In this document: in pieces, positions 20,265 through 29,107 of the stretch
Layout of the letters: every line of letters starts with the position of its first letter
Numbering within the stretch: position 1 is the stretch's first letter
Assembly (NCBI GenBank): GCA_963718575.1
Contig: OY970358.1
Coordinates: forward strand, 258,172 to 322,171
Source of the DNA: an uncultured bacterium
GTDB taxonomy: Bacteria > Patescibacteriota > Minisyncoccia > UBA6257 > 2-01-FULL-56-20
Length of the DNA: 64,000 bases
Direction of reading: 5' to 3'
Translations under genes and position numbers: made by a program
The notes under the pieces: model-generated
Told to the model about the DNA's origin: nothing
Databases searched by the model: none
What the model saw: only the letters and a program-made list of their open reading frames with translations

Positions 20265-20702
20265 CTATAAGTGCTTTTTTATAACTTCTGCCAATTCGCT
20301 CAAAGAATAAACAGGGTGTATCTCAGGGCGGCGCAACTTCATTTGAATTTCAACATCGACCCTCCGTTTGTAGAGAGGATCTATCCCGACGACAAGCGGC
20401 GCGGCACGCTCCATGGCCGCGCCGAACTCGAATAAGGTAACGGGATTGAGCGTTTCCTCCGGGAACCAAAACGAGAGGACATCCGAACTTCTCAAGCGCT
20501 CGAATTCCCATCGTATCTGTTCTTCGATGGCCTTCGGCTCGCTCGGAAATACATCTCTCCGAGGATTGAAAATACTAACCGAACATTCCTTCAAGGCCGA
20601 GCTTACCTCGCTCTGCCAATCCGGACAATTCGATATTCCGCCCGCGAGAAAGACGGTTTTAAACTTCGGCGATTCACTGCTCGGGGCTTTTATGAGCTGC
20701 AT
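20265..20702 (-). CDS. Nucleoside 2-deoxyribosyltransferase-like protein
   Basis: VFLAGGI..CPDWQ, NPRR, QIRWE, P.TL.E.G. Confidence 0.85.
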   Translation of the reverse strand: MQLIKAPSSESPKFKTVFLAGGISNCPDWQSEVSSALKECSVSIFNPRRDVFPSEPKAIEEQIRWEFERLRSSDVLSFWFPEETLNPVTLFEFGAAMERAAPLVVGIDPLYKRRVDVEIQMKLRRPEIHPVYSLSELAEVIKKHL

Positions 20703-20814
20703 CGGGTCATTATACCCTCGACGTAATTATTGTCCAAAACTATCCGTGAAACCTACTTAGCGCTTCGCCCATCCCTCTTTATTTGATATAATTTCGAAAG
20801 AAGGAGGTGTACTC

Positions 20815-21084
20815 TTGCTCACAATAAGACGCTGGTATGATTTGGAAAAGCGGAATCCAAGCGAGGGACTATCGTGGTGGATGATCACACAAGTGGTGGG
20901 CCAGGTGCCACCTGCTCCGGTCATCAGGAGGGTTTTTGATCGGACAGTCGATGCCGGCATAAAGCTCAAAACCCGCCGGCATAGAGGGCACTACGTATTC
21001 GTGGGAATGCAGGTTGGACTCACCCGTCAAGATAGGGAAAATTTTCTGAAAACCTTGGACAGTTGGCGTCCGAAAAGAAAATAG
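20815..21084 (+). CDS. Hypothetical ORFan
   Basis: AGGAGG SD plus TTG start, TGATATAAT upstream, terminator at 21101-21129. Confidence 0.55.
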   Translation: MLTIRRWYDLEKRNPSEGLSWWMITQVVGQVPPAPVIRRVFDRTVDAGIKLKTRRHRGHYVFVGMQVGLTRQDRENFLKTLDSWRPKRK

Positions 21085-21100
21085 CATGGATATCGAATCA

Positions 21101-21129
21101 AAAGCCCCGAGTAACATCGGGGCCTTTTC
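21101..21129. terminator. Bidirectional terminator ending the ribosomal protein operon
   Basis: GCCCCGA-N7-TCGGGGC flanked by A/T runs. Confidence 0.75.
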
Positions 21130-21154
21130 TTTATCTTTCGCCTGCGATGTCAGC

Positions 21155-21640
21155 CTACCGCTTCGCCCATTGAGGAGCGCGGCGGGCCTTGTTGAGGCCG
21201 TACTTCTTGCGCTCCACCATGCGGGAGTCGCGAGTGAGGAAGCCCATGGTGCGGAGACGGGGCTTCCAGTCCGGAGATTTTGCAATGATCGCGCGGGAGA
21301 GGCCAAGGCGCACGGCGCCAGCCTGCGCATGGATACCGCCGCCGGACACGACGACCGTCACGTCATACTCAGTGAGCTTGAGAGTCTCGAGTGGAGAGCG
21401 CGCATCCTGCACCAGGCGCGGAAGCGTGAAGTACTGGGCAGGGGTCTTGCCGTTCACCGTCATCTTGCCGGTGCCCGGCATGATGCGCACGCGCGCGATC
21501 GCGGTCTTGCGGCGGCCGACGGCCTCCGTGTAGCGATGGCTCTTTGCCGCAACGGGTTTATGCGCAGGCGCCGCAACGGCGTGATGCGCCGGCTTTGCCG
21601 CTATTAGCTCGCTCTTTTCCATTTCTTGTGTCGTTGCCAT
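21155..21640 (-). CDS. rpsI: 30S ribosomal protein S9
   Basis: GRRKTAIARV, GGG, RMVERKKYG..KARRAPQWAKR. Confidence 0.97.
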   Translation of the reverse strand: MATTQEMEKSELIAAKPAHHAVAAPAHKPVAAKSHRYTEAVGRRKTAIARVRIMPGTGKMTVNGKTPAQYFTLPRLVQDARSPLETLKLTEYDVTVVVSGGGIHAQAGAVRLGLSRAIIAKSPDWKPRLRTMGFLTRDSRMVERKKYGLNKARRAPQWAKR

Positions 21641-21644
21641 AATA

Positions 21645-22082
21645 TTATTTTGCCGCTTTTACCGTTACTGCCGCCTTGCCCGGCTTCGTGCTCATCGGGC
21701 GCACTCGCCTGCCCGCGTTCTTTATGCCGGCGGTCGCTGTCGGTTCTACGAATATCAAATTCTTGATCCTCTGCTGGGTGAGGAAGTTGCGCGGGAGCAT
21801 CTTGCGCACCGCATGGCGCAGAACAAAACGCGGATCCTTTGCCATATGTTGCTCGAATGATTTCTCTTTAAGATGACCAACGTAGCCGGTGTGCTTGTAA
21901 TAGACCTTGTCCGTCGCCTTCTTGCCGGTGACGACGATCGAATCGTAGTTCGAAACATAGACCTTGTCCGCGCTCACGCGATTGCGCTCGAACGCCGCCG
22001 ACTTCTTGCCCTGCAAGATGAGGGAAATGTCGGTCGCTACGCGGCCCAATACTTTGTTTTTTGCGTCTATGTGATAGTCCAT
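21645..22082 (-). CDS. rplM: 50S ribosomal protein L13
   Basis: IDA...LGR.A, LQGK, TGKK, HTGY.G, AVRKMLP. Confidence 0.95.
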   Translation of the reverse strand: MDYHIDAKNKVLGRVATDISLILQGKKSAAFERNRVSADKVYVSNYDSIVVTGKKATDKVYYKHTGYVGHLKEKSFEQHMAKDPRFVLRHAVRKMLPRNFLTQQRIKNLIFVEPTATAGIKNAGRRVRPMSTKPGKAAVTVKAAK

Positions 22083-22106
22083 TGCCGGGTAAGTGTACTC
22101 TATATA

Positions 22107-22463
22107 TTAAACGAATTCAATGCGGGCCATGCGGGTGCCGTCGCGCTTGCGGCTCTCGGCCAACTTTATGATGCGCAGATAGCCTCCTTTCCGCTCGGCG
22201 TACTTCGGTCCGTAATCGCTGAACAACTTCTTTACGATTTTGTCGTTGCCGACGCGGCTCGCGACGAGACGGCGATTGGCGACGGTCGGGTTCTTTGCGA
22301 ACGTGACGAGGCTCTCCACGCGAGGGCGGATCGCTTTCGCGCGCGTTTCGGTCGTCTCGATCTTACCTGCACGGATCAGGTCATTGCCGAGATTGCGCAT
22401 AAAAGACACGCGCGCGCCGCGCAATCTTCCGAATTTGGTATTGTTTTTCTTTCCGTGTGTCAT
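22107..22463 (-). CDS. rplQ: 50S ribosomal protein L17
   Basis: IETTETRAK, R.GGY.RI.KL. Confidence 0.96.
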   Translation of the reverse strand: MTHGKKNNTKFGRLRGARVSFMRNLGNDLIRAGKIETTETRAKAIRPRVESLVTFAKNPTVANRRLVASRVGNDKIVKKLFSDYGPKYAERKGGYLRIIKLAESRKRDGTRMARIEFV

Positions 22464-22481
22464 GGGAATATATCGAACGTA

Positions 22482-23249
22482 TTATTTCTCTTTCTTTTTA
22501 GAAGCGGCTTTCTTTTTTGCGCCGCCCTCGCCCTTCACCGCGTCGAATTCCTTCACTTCAACCACCCCGACCTTCTCGAAGTGATCCTTTAAGATGCTCG
22601 ATGCCTTATGCAATGCGGATGACGGGCTGATCGTGCCGTTCGTCGTGATCTCCAGGCGCAAGCGGTTGTAATCCGTGCGATCGCCGACGCGCATGTCCTC
22701 GATCGTGTAGTTCACTTTGATCACCGGGGTGAAGATCGAATCGATCGCGATGGTGCCGATCGGAAGGCGGCCCTCCGACTTGCGCGCATCCACCGGCACG
22801 TATCCGAGGCCGCGCTCTACCTTGACCTCGATATCGATCTCTGCGTCCTTGGCGGTAAGGTGACCCAATACCACTTCCGGGTTGATGATCTCGACGTCAG
22901 AATTGAGCTCGATGTCGCCGGCCGTAATCTCCTGCTCCCCTTTCAATTTGAGCGCGAGCACCTGCGGCTCGTCGGTGTGCGAGCGAAAATAGATCTTCTT
23001 GAAGTTGAGCGCGAGCTCAACGATATCTTCCTTTAATCCCGGCAGGGTCGAAAATTCGTGCGGAACGTTCTTTATCTTGATCTCGGTGACCGCTGCACCC
23101 GGCAAGGAAGACAACAGTGCGCGGCGCAACGCCGTACCGACCGTCAAACCGTATCCCGCGTACAATCCCTCGATCTCGAACACGCCCTCTCGCGCATCCT
23201 CGGAGATGGTCTTTATGGAAACACTGGAGCTGACATATGCAAATTCCAT
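22482..23249 (-). CDS. rpoA: RNA polymerase alpha subunit (N-terminal domain only)
   Basis: GYG.T.G.ALRR.LLSS.PG, HEFST, VERG.GY, D..F.PV; ends at 255 aa. Confidence 0.95.
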   Translation of the reverse strand: MEFAYVSSSVSIKTISEDAREGVFEIEGLYAGYGLTVGTALRRALLSSLPGAAVTEIKIKNVPHEFSTLPGLKEDIVELALNFKKIYFRSHTDEPQVLALKLKGEQEITAGDIELNSDVEIINPEVVLGHLTAKDAEIDIEVKVERGLGYVPVDARKSEGRLPIGTIAIDSIFTPVIKVNYTIEDMRVGDRTDYNRLRLEITTNGTISPSSALHKASSILKDHFEKVGVVEVKEFDAVKGEGGAKKKAASKKKEK

Positions 23250-23273
23250 GTGATGATAAAATGATTAAAATTT

Positions 23274-23897
23274 TTATTTAGAGAATGAATCGACCAAAAG
23301 GTTAATTTCGAAAGGCGGGGTAAGATCCGTCGGCGTGGAGAGCATCTCGCCTTCCAGCTTGTCCGCATCCATGCGGAGCCACGAAGGCGCATCGTATTTC
23401 TTGATGAGCTCCAGGCGGTCGGTGAACGTCTTGTTCTCCTTGGACGCGGCGCGGACGCCGATCACGTCACCCTTGCGGAGCTGATATCCCGGCGAGACCA
23501 CTTTCTTCTTGTTCACCGTGATGTGGCCCTGCACCACGAGCTGTCGTGCCGCCGCCCGCGACACCGCCCAGCCGAGCAGAAATACCACCGAATCGACGCG
23601 CGATTCGAGTAATTCCAGCACGCGCATGCCCGACGCGCCCTTCGCCGCCTGCGCCATCGTGAAGAGACGCTTCATGTTGTTCTCGTTCACGCCATACGCG
23701 ATCTTGAACTTCGCCTTCTCGCGGAGCTGGAGACCGAACTCGGAAAGCGCCTTCGCGCGCGAACGCGGGCCGTGCACGCCGGGCTTATAATCCTTGCGGA
23801 CATACGATGATTTCGGAGACATTGCGCGATCGCCCTTTAGTCCAAGGCGCGCACGCAACGCTCGTTCTTTCTTTTCTTTAGGTCCTTTTACGCTCAT
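23274..23897 (-). CDS. rpsD: 30S ribosomal protein S4
   Basis: PGVHG, SEFG.QL.EK.K, LESR.D, ARQLV..GH. Confidence 0.96.
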   Translation of the reverse strand: MSVKGPKEKKERALRARLGLKGDRAMSPKSSYVRKDYKPGVHGPRSRAKALSEFGLQLREKAKFKIAYGVNENNMKRLFTMAQAAKGASGMRVLELLESRVDSVVFLLGWAVSRAAARQLVVQGHITVNKKKVVSPGYQLRKGDVIGVRAASKENKTFTDRLELIKKYDAPSWLRMDADKLEGEMLSTPTDLTPPFEINLLVDSFSK

Positions 23898-23930
23898 GGT
23901 AGTGGTTAACGTAGTTGATAGAATAACATA

Positions 23931-24392
23931 TTAAACGCGCCGTGTCTTGGGTGCGCGTGGACCGTTATGCGGGATCGGCGTGGCGTCTTTGATGGAAAGG
24001 ATATTGAAGCCGTTATTGATAAGTGAGCGGATCGCGGAATCGCGGCCGGAGCCGATGCCCTTCACGATCACCGAGATGTCCTTCGGACCGCTTGCCTGGA
24101 TCTTTTCCGTGATGGCGGCGATCACCTTGGACGACGCGAACGGCGTCGCTTTCTTGGGGCCGGAGAAACCGAGCGAGCCGGCGGATGCCCACGCGAGCAC
24201 GTTCCCCTGGTTATCCGTCACCGTGACGACGGTGTTGTTATACGTGGCGTTCACATAGACCTTGCCCTCCTGCACGTGCTTGGCTTTGCGCTTCGCCGAA
24301 GAGGCGGCTTTCGTGGCGGCATCAGCAACGGCGCCCGCCACCGGCTTGGCCACCTTATCCCCTTCTTGAGTTTTTACGGTTTTCTTTCCCAT
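23931..24392 (-). CDS. rpsK: 30S ribosomal protein S11
   Basis: YNNT, GF.G.KK.TPFA, D.TP.PHNG.R. Confidence 0.97.
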   Translation of the reverse strand: MGKKTVKTQEGDKVAKPVAGAVADAATKAASSAKRKAKHVQEGKVYVNATYNNTVVTVTDNQGNVLAWASAGSLGFSGPKKATPFASSKVIAAITEKIQASGPKDISVIVKGIGSGRDSAIRSLINNGFNILSIKDATPIPHNGPRAPKTRRV

Positions 24393-24412
24393 TTTTTTGG
24401 ATCGTTTAACGA

Positions 24413-24796
24413 TTACTTAAGATCAACCTTACGCTTTCCGGAACCGGCCGTCTTACGGACGTTGCCGCGTACGGTGCGGGAATTCGTGCGGGTGCGCTGG
24501 CCGCGGACCGGCAAGCGACGCGCGTGGCGATTGCCACGGTACGAGCCGAGGTCCTTGAGGCGCGTAATGTTGCGCTTGATGAGCTGGCGCAATTCTCCTT
24601 CCACCGGATAGGTCGTTTCCAAAAAGTTCTGCACGCGAAGCACTTCGTCGGCGGTGAGGTCCTTTGCTTTCTTGCTCACCTCGATCTTCGCCGCCGCGAG
24701 CGCACGCTTCGCGACCGCCGGACCCACGCCGTATAAGTACGTGAGCGAGATCTCGATCCTCTTGTTGTCTGGAATGTTTACGCCGAAAATACGCAT
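24413..24796 (-). CDS. rpsM: 30S ribosomal protein S13
   Basis: RI.GV.IP, YRG.RH...LPVRGQRT.TN. Confidence 0.97.
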   Translation of the reverse strand: MRIFGVNIPDNKRIEISLTYLYGVGPAVAKRALAAAKIEVSKKAKDLTADEVLRVQNFLETTYPVEGELRQLIKRNITRLKDLGSYRGNRHARRLPVRGQRTRTNSRTVRGNVRKTAGSGKRKVDLK

Positions 24797-24805
24797 GATA
24801 GTAGT

Positions 24806-24919
24806 TTAGCCTTGGCGCTGTTTATGTTTGGGATTTTTGCAGCGGACAAAAAGTTTGCCATTTCGCTTTACGATCTGGCAACTTGAGCAAATCTTCTTTA
24901 TGGAACTTCGTACTTTCAT
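24806..24919 (-). CDS. rpmJ: 50S ribosomal protein L36
   Basis: Manual translation [37 protein letters not shown]. Confidence 0.96.
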   Translation of the reverse strand: MKVRSSIKKICSSCQIVKRNGKLFVRCKNPKHKQRQG

Positions 24920-24956
24920 ATCTTTATGTATAGTGGCCGCAGACAGCGGCGAAAAA

Positions 24957-25169
24957 CTACAACCTGCGCACGATCCTTCCTTTCTCGCCGTCGGGGCTCA
25001 ATTCAACAAGCACCCGGTCGCCGGGCAATACCCGAATATTGTGCATCTTCATCTTTCCGGCGAGATGCGCGAGAATCTCGGTCTCTAAGCCGTTGATCTT
25101 GACCCGAAACATCAAACCTGGCAGGGCCTCGTACACCTTGCCCTCTTTCGCGGCTTCAGTTTCCATCAC
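24957..25169 (-). CDS. infA: Translation initiation factor IF-1
   Basis: EALP..MFRV...LAH.AGKM..H.IR.LPGDRV.VE. Confidence 0.95.
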   Translation of the reverse strand: MMETEAAKEGKVYEALPGLMFRVKINGLETEILAHLAGKMKMHNIRVLPGDRVLVELSPDGEKGRIVRRL

Positions 25170-25205
25170 GTAAAATCAAGGTAAGACTCATAAACCAATG
25201 AGACG

Positions 25206-25235
25206 ATTATATACGAGGGGCTGGCACTTTGTCAA
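25206..25235 (-). promoter_or_regulatory. Consensus sigma70 promoter of the infA operon, TTGACA-N18-TATAAT
   Basis: Both hexamers are perfect. Confidence 0.75.
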
Positions 25236-25406
25236 ACATCCCTGCTTTCTCCGCCTCCCTTTGAAAGGACAGCATTCTCCCACGGGACTCCTAAGAGTCG
25301 CGTCTGCTGACCGGTCGCCTTGGCTCTCAGCGCCTTCGCGCTTCCGAGACACCTTTCAAAACATGGGATAATCCAGGTCCGCAGGACCACCCGCACCCCC
25401 TCGACT
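25231..25406 (-). ncRNA. ~175-nt structured RNA candidate (6S-like architecture, unassigned)
   Basis: GUCGAG/UUUGAC ends, CCUGC/GCAGG, UUUGAAAGG/CCUUUCAAA, CAGCA/UGCUG, GCGC-GAAG-GCGC, GACUC-UUAG-GAGUC; GC-rich and ORF-free. Confidence 0.55.
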
Positions 25407-25565
25407 AAATCTATGGTTATCTTAAAATGCGTTTTTTGAGGTTCTTCATATATTCATCCTTCAATATTCGATAGGTCGCATAATCGTCGGGATATTTTTG
25501 AAAAAGCTTATTTTTAATATTGGAATACGCTTTCACCTCCTCGGGATGCGATCTAAGATAATCCC

Positions 25566-26120
25566 TCAGAGGGAGAAGCCGAGATCGGGAAAGATGAGGT
25601 CTCTTAAATAAAGGCCGCCGACCAAAAAAACTAGGTCCAGGCTCGCGCCAGATTGGAAAGCGCCCACCTTTAGCTCATCGATGATTGAGGGATACCGTCT
25701 TGGTAATTCCCTGACCACGGCTAGAACAACCTGTTCGGCGTCATAGGGGTTCTTTACATGCTTCGCTTTAACGGCGGCGAGCAGCTCGTCTTTCTTTGCA
25801 TCTATTATCTGCTTAATGCCGCTTTTATCTAATACATCATTTCCATATCCATTCAGCACCCTCGGAGAATGCGAGGGTGCCGCTCGATTTACCCATAAAT
25901 CCCCGACTCGGGACTCCACGACCGCCAAACGTTTTTCTATAGCTGCAAATCGCTTACCCATGTCTATTTTCATATCCACAAATTCCTTCTTTATATCTCT
26001 CATATCGACTTTAACATCCTCGATGATCTGTAATTTTCCACCAATAAAAACCGCCGCGCCTAATATAGTAGGAAGGCCAACAATAATCACAATCGTGTTA
26101 ATGACTTCGATCAGATTCAT
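25566..26120 (-). CDS. Hypothetical protein, TM helix plus coiled coil
   Basis: N-terminal hydrophobic helix, heptad repeats. Confidence 0.7.
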   Translation of the reverse strand: MNLIEVINTIVIIVGLPTILGAAVFIGGKLQIIEDVKVDMRDIKKEFVDMKIDMGKRFAAIEKRLAVVESRVGDLWVNRAAPSHSPRVLNGYGNDVLDKSGIKQIIDAKKDELLAAVKAKHVKNPYDAEQVVLAVVRELPRRYPSIIDELKVGAFQSGASLDLVFLVGGLYLRDLIFPDLGFSL

Positions 26121-26181
26121 GCCTCTATTTTGGCAATTCGCTATCTCGAAGTCAAAAAACTTTTAATAACCTTTTAATCTC

Positions 26182-27885
26182 TTAATTGACGGTGACGTGG
26201 ATCTTTGAGGGATCGGATGGGATGCTCCAAAGCCATGAAGGCCACATGGAGATCTCGCCGTCGGCGAGGTTGGGAAGCGCGGCGATAGTGCTGCGCGCGG
26301 AAGCGATGCTCTGCCCTTCAATGCTCGTGGCGAACTCCGCCGCGATGAATGCCGGCTCAAGCTCGGCCTGCACGGAAAGCGCGAACTGCACCTGGCCGGT
26401 GGTAAAGTTCGGCGTCACGTCACTATAGCTCAGACTGATCGTTTTGAACGTTGAGCTTGCCTCCTGCGTCTGCGCGAGCGTGAGGAGATAGTTCTGCAAT
26501 CCCGTCTGGTCGAATCCGATCGCCTGGAGCGTCGCCACGCCGAAGACGGTGAAGTCGCCGTTCTCATCCGTACTCGTGTTCACGGTGAGCGTCGTGACCT
26601 GTATCTGGGTCGCGCCCGGCGCGATCTCAAAGTTGTTCGGATAGGTGCCGGAGAAACTGCTCGACACGCTTTGCGTGAGCATCGCAGTCGTGGACGCCTT
26701 CGCGCTCGCGATATCCGCCGCGGTGGGCGTTGCCCGTTGTCCTATAAAACCGCCGGTGGTGGATGCCGTGATCGCGCCGTAAAATCCCGCTTCGCGTCCG
26801 GGATCCTTGGCAAATCCCGGAATGGTAAGTTTTGCCACGGGGCCGACGTTATAATCCGGTCCGGCCTGGTCGGCAACGATCGGTGCGGTGATGGAGGACG
26901 GTGTAAGCGTTCCGCCGCTGTTCGTCTCTCCCGGGACGGTTACGTTTTGCGTAAGGCGGAAAATCTTCCCGTCCGGCGTGAGAAAGCGCGTCGTCGCCAC
27001 AAGCTCCTGGGATGCGGCGCTGTAATCGTTATATATAGTGATGCTCCCCTGCGCCTTCTGCGCGACCTGTTGCACTGACGACCCGGGGAATGACAGGGTG
27101 ACGTTCTTTGTGGCGGTAAATATCTGCGCGGGGATCGTATTGGTGGTGGGATCGATGCCAACCGCGCTCTTGCTCGCGGTAAAGTTTTCCTGATAGCTCC
27201 ATGGCATCTGTTTGAAGTTGATCGCAATGTCGGCATGGTCAAAGAACACGCTCGTCACATAGACCGCGACGGCCCCAAGAATGATGATGAGGATGATCGC
27301 CGTGACGGTTTTCCTGGGAAAGCCCCGGGGCTCGCGATCGTCGTCGAGATCGGGGGTCGCGTCAAAGAATCGATTGTGAATGGACGTCTCCTTTGCTCCG
27401 GTCATCTCCTCCGGTTCTTCTTCATCATCCTCATCATCGAGCGGACGCTCGGCGACGGGAGCCGCTTTTTTCCCATGCTTGTTCATCCTGACCGGCGTTG
27501 CTTTGGAATGCTGTTCTTTTTCTTCGTCGTCCTCCTCATCCTGGGCATCGTCGATGTCCGCGCGCAACGGCGTTGCTGCGTCTTCCTCGCGCCGCGGAAC
27601 GATATCTGAAAAACCGCCTGTTCCCCGGACGCCCTTCCATAACGGATGACTTGATTCGATCTTGCTCTCCTTGGCGAACGCAAGGATCGTATCGTCAACC
27701 GATTCAATGACGATACTGCGCCCGGCGGAATCCGCCTCACGCTTTAAAAGATGAAAATTGCTGACCGATCTGCCAAGCGCCGATCCTTTCGGAATGACGA
27801 TCGATATATCGCCGTCCGGTTCGTTCAATAATCGGTCGATGACCTCTGCGATCCCTTCGCTCTTATCTACAATGATCTTCTTCAT
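26182..27885 (-). CDS. Membrane-anchored protein with baseplate-J-like ectodomain
   Basis: Acidic linker, one TM, A.G.ITIYN...LVA.TRF, ADQAG.DYN; likely start MKKIIVDK. Confidence 0.65.
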   Translation of the reverse strand: MKKIIVDKSEGIAEVIDRLLNEPDGDISIVIPKGSALGRSVSNFHLLKREADSAGRSIVIESVDDTILAFAKESKIESSHPLWKGVRGTGGFSDIVPRREEDAATPLRADIDDAQDEEDDEEKEQHSKATPVRMNKHGKKAAPVAERPLDDEDDEEEPEEMTGAKETSIHNRFFDATPDLDDDREPRGFPRKTVTAIILIIILGAVAVYVTSVFFDHADIAINFKQMPWSYQENFTASKSAVGIDPTTNTIPAQIFTATKNVTLSFPGSSVQQVAQKAQGSITIYNDYSAASQELVATTRFLTPDGKIFRLTQNVTVPGETNSGGTLTPSSITAPIVADQAGPDYNVGPVAKLTIPGFAKDPGREAGFYGAITASTTGGFIGQRATPTAADIASAKASTTAMLTQSVSSSFSGTYPNNFEIAPGATQIQVTTLTVNTSTDENGDFTVFGVATLQAIGFDQTGLQNYLLTLAQTQEASSTFKTISLSYSDVTPNFTTGQVQFALSVQAELEPAFIAAEFATSIEGQSIASARSTIAALPNLADGEISMWPSWLWSIPSDPSKIHVTVN

Positions 27886-27904
27886 TCCTAAAATTATATC
27901 ACAC

Positions 27905-29089
27905 TCAGTCCGCAAGCCAGTGCAGGCGCCGACGAAGCTTTTGGTTGATCTCCGAATTGCTCTTATCAAAATATGCCTCGATGAACGGCAGTATGTGGCG
28001 CGAGATGATCGCATCCGAACCGCACTGCTTCCCTTCCCGATCCGCAAAACCGAGCTGGGCCAATATTTCATTCAGCGGAAATCCTTCGAAGGTGGCAGAG
28101 CCGTGCTTATGCGGCAAAGCAAACGGCATATCATGTTCGGCATCCACATAGACGAAGCCCTTCAATTTCCCCCTCCCTACCTCTTTTAGAAACTCCTCGA
28201 CCGCAGGATCGATGAACTTCTTGAACGCGCGAGCAGCGGTCCCGGACATGGCTCCGCCAAGGTACGCGCGGTACATCTCCCGCGCGGCGCGGTCGCTCAC
28301 GCCAAGCTCCGCAGCGATGCGCACAAAGAGAACGTCGAAGCTCCACTGCATCTTTTCCCGATACAACACCGGATGCCCGTCCTTCGTTTTATCAAGCACG
28401 AAGAGCGCCGCGCCGCGCGGCCCTTCATCCACGATGAGGTTCAGCGGCAGCTTCCGGGCGCGCGCCAAAGAGGCCAGGCGCGCCTGCGCCGACTCGGCAA
28501 AGAAGAAATCCTCCGGCGCGTTGAAGAACTGCTTGAGGTCCTCGAAGAGCGCGCGCCCGGCGAACGTAAGCTCAAGCAATAATGAAATTTTCTTTCCGGT
28601 GAAGCCGACCGGATTCACCACCAGGTGCCCGTCCACTTTGAAGTTGCGCGCCTTCGCCCCGACCATGATCGTGTCGATCTCATGGATGCCGAGACGCTTC
28701 GCCGCTTCGCTCCGGCACTGGTTGAAAATCTTCCCCATCGCCTGAGCGATCAAATTTTCGAGCTCCGGCAGGATCACTTCGCTCGCCACCACGTCGTGTT
28801 CGCGCGACAGGTCAAGCGGGATCGGGATCGTCGTCGCAAGCGCGGAGTCCACGGCGGCGACCACCTTGCGGTGTGCCTTAAAAAAATAATTTCCTTCCCA
28901 TGATTTCTGCGTCACGCTCCGCATCGGCGACGCGAAGAACTTCTTGAGATCGATGTTCCTTACCCTTTTTTCAAAAATGATGTTCTTATCTTCGTCAACG
29001 CTTAAAAATAATCCGTCCGTGCCCGCGGGAGCTATCGCAAGTATCAAAAACTTTTCCCGGGGTTTGAAGAGAATTGGCTTCTTCACCAT
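27905..29089 (-). CDS. Divergent FtsA/actin-like fold protein
   Basis: VDGH.V.NPVGFTGK.I...L and IA.ELGVS...A.E segments reminiscent of FtsA-like proteins. Confidence 0.45.
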   Translation of the reverse strand: MVKKPILFKPREKFLILAIAPAGTDGLFLSVDEDKNIIFEKRVRNIDLKKFFASPMRSVTQKSWEGNYFFKAHRKVVAAVDSALATTIPIPLDLSREHDVVASEVILPELENLIAQAMGKIFNQCRSEAAKRLGIHEIDTIMVGAKARNFKVDGHLVVNPVGFTGKKISLLLELTFAGRALFEDLKQFFNAPEDFFFAESAQARLASLARARKLPLNLIVDEGPRGAALFVLDKTKDGHPVLYREKMQWSFDVLFVRIAAELGVSDRAAREMYRAYLGGAMSGTAARAFKKFIDPAVEEFLKEVGRGKLKGFVYVDAEHDMPFALPHKHGSATFEGFPLNEILAQLGFADREGKQCGSDAIISRHILPFIEAYFDKSNSEINQKLRRRLHWLAD

Positions 29090-29107
29090 TTCAGTTTAGC
29101 ACAAAAA

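Noticed and set aside
25320-25350. GCTGAGAG (minus strand) as a TPP riboswitch
   Set aside because: The downstream CCTGA...GATAATGC...GGGA core is absent and no thiamine gene follows
26182-27885. Baseplate-J-like domain as prophage evidence
   Set aside because: Membrane-anchored, embedded among housekeeping genes, no other phage genes
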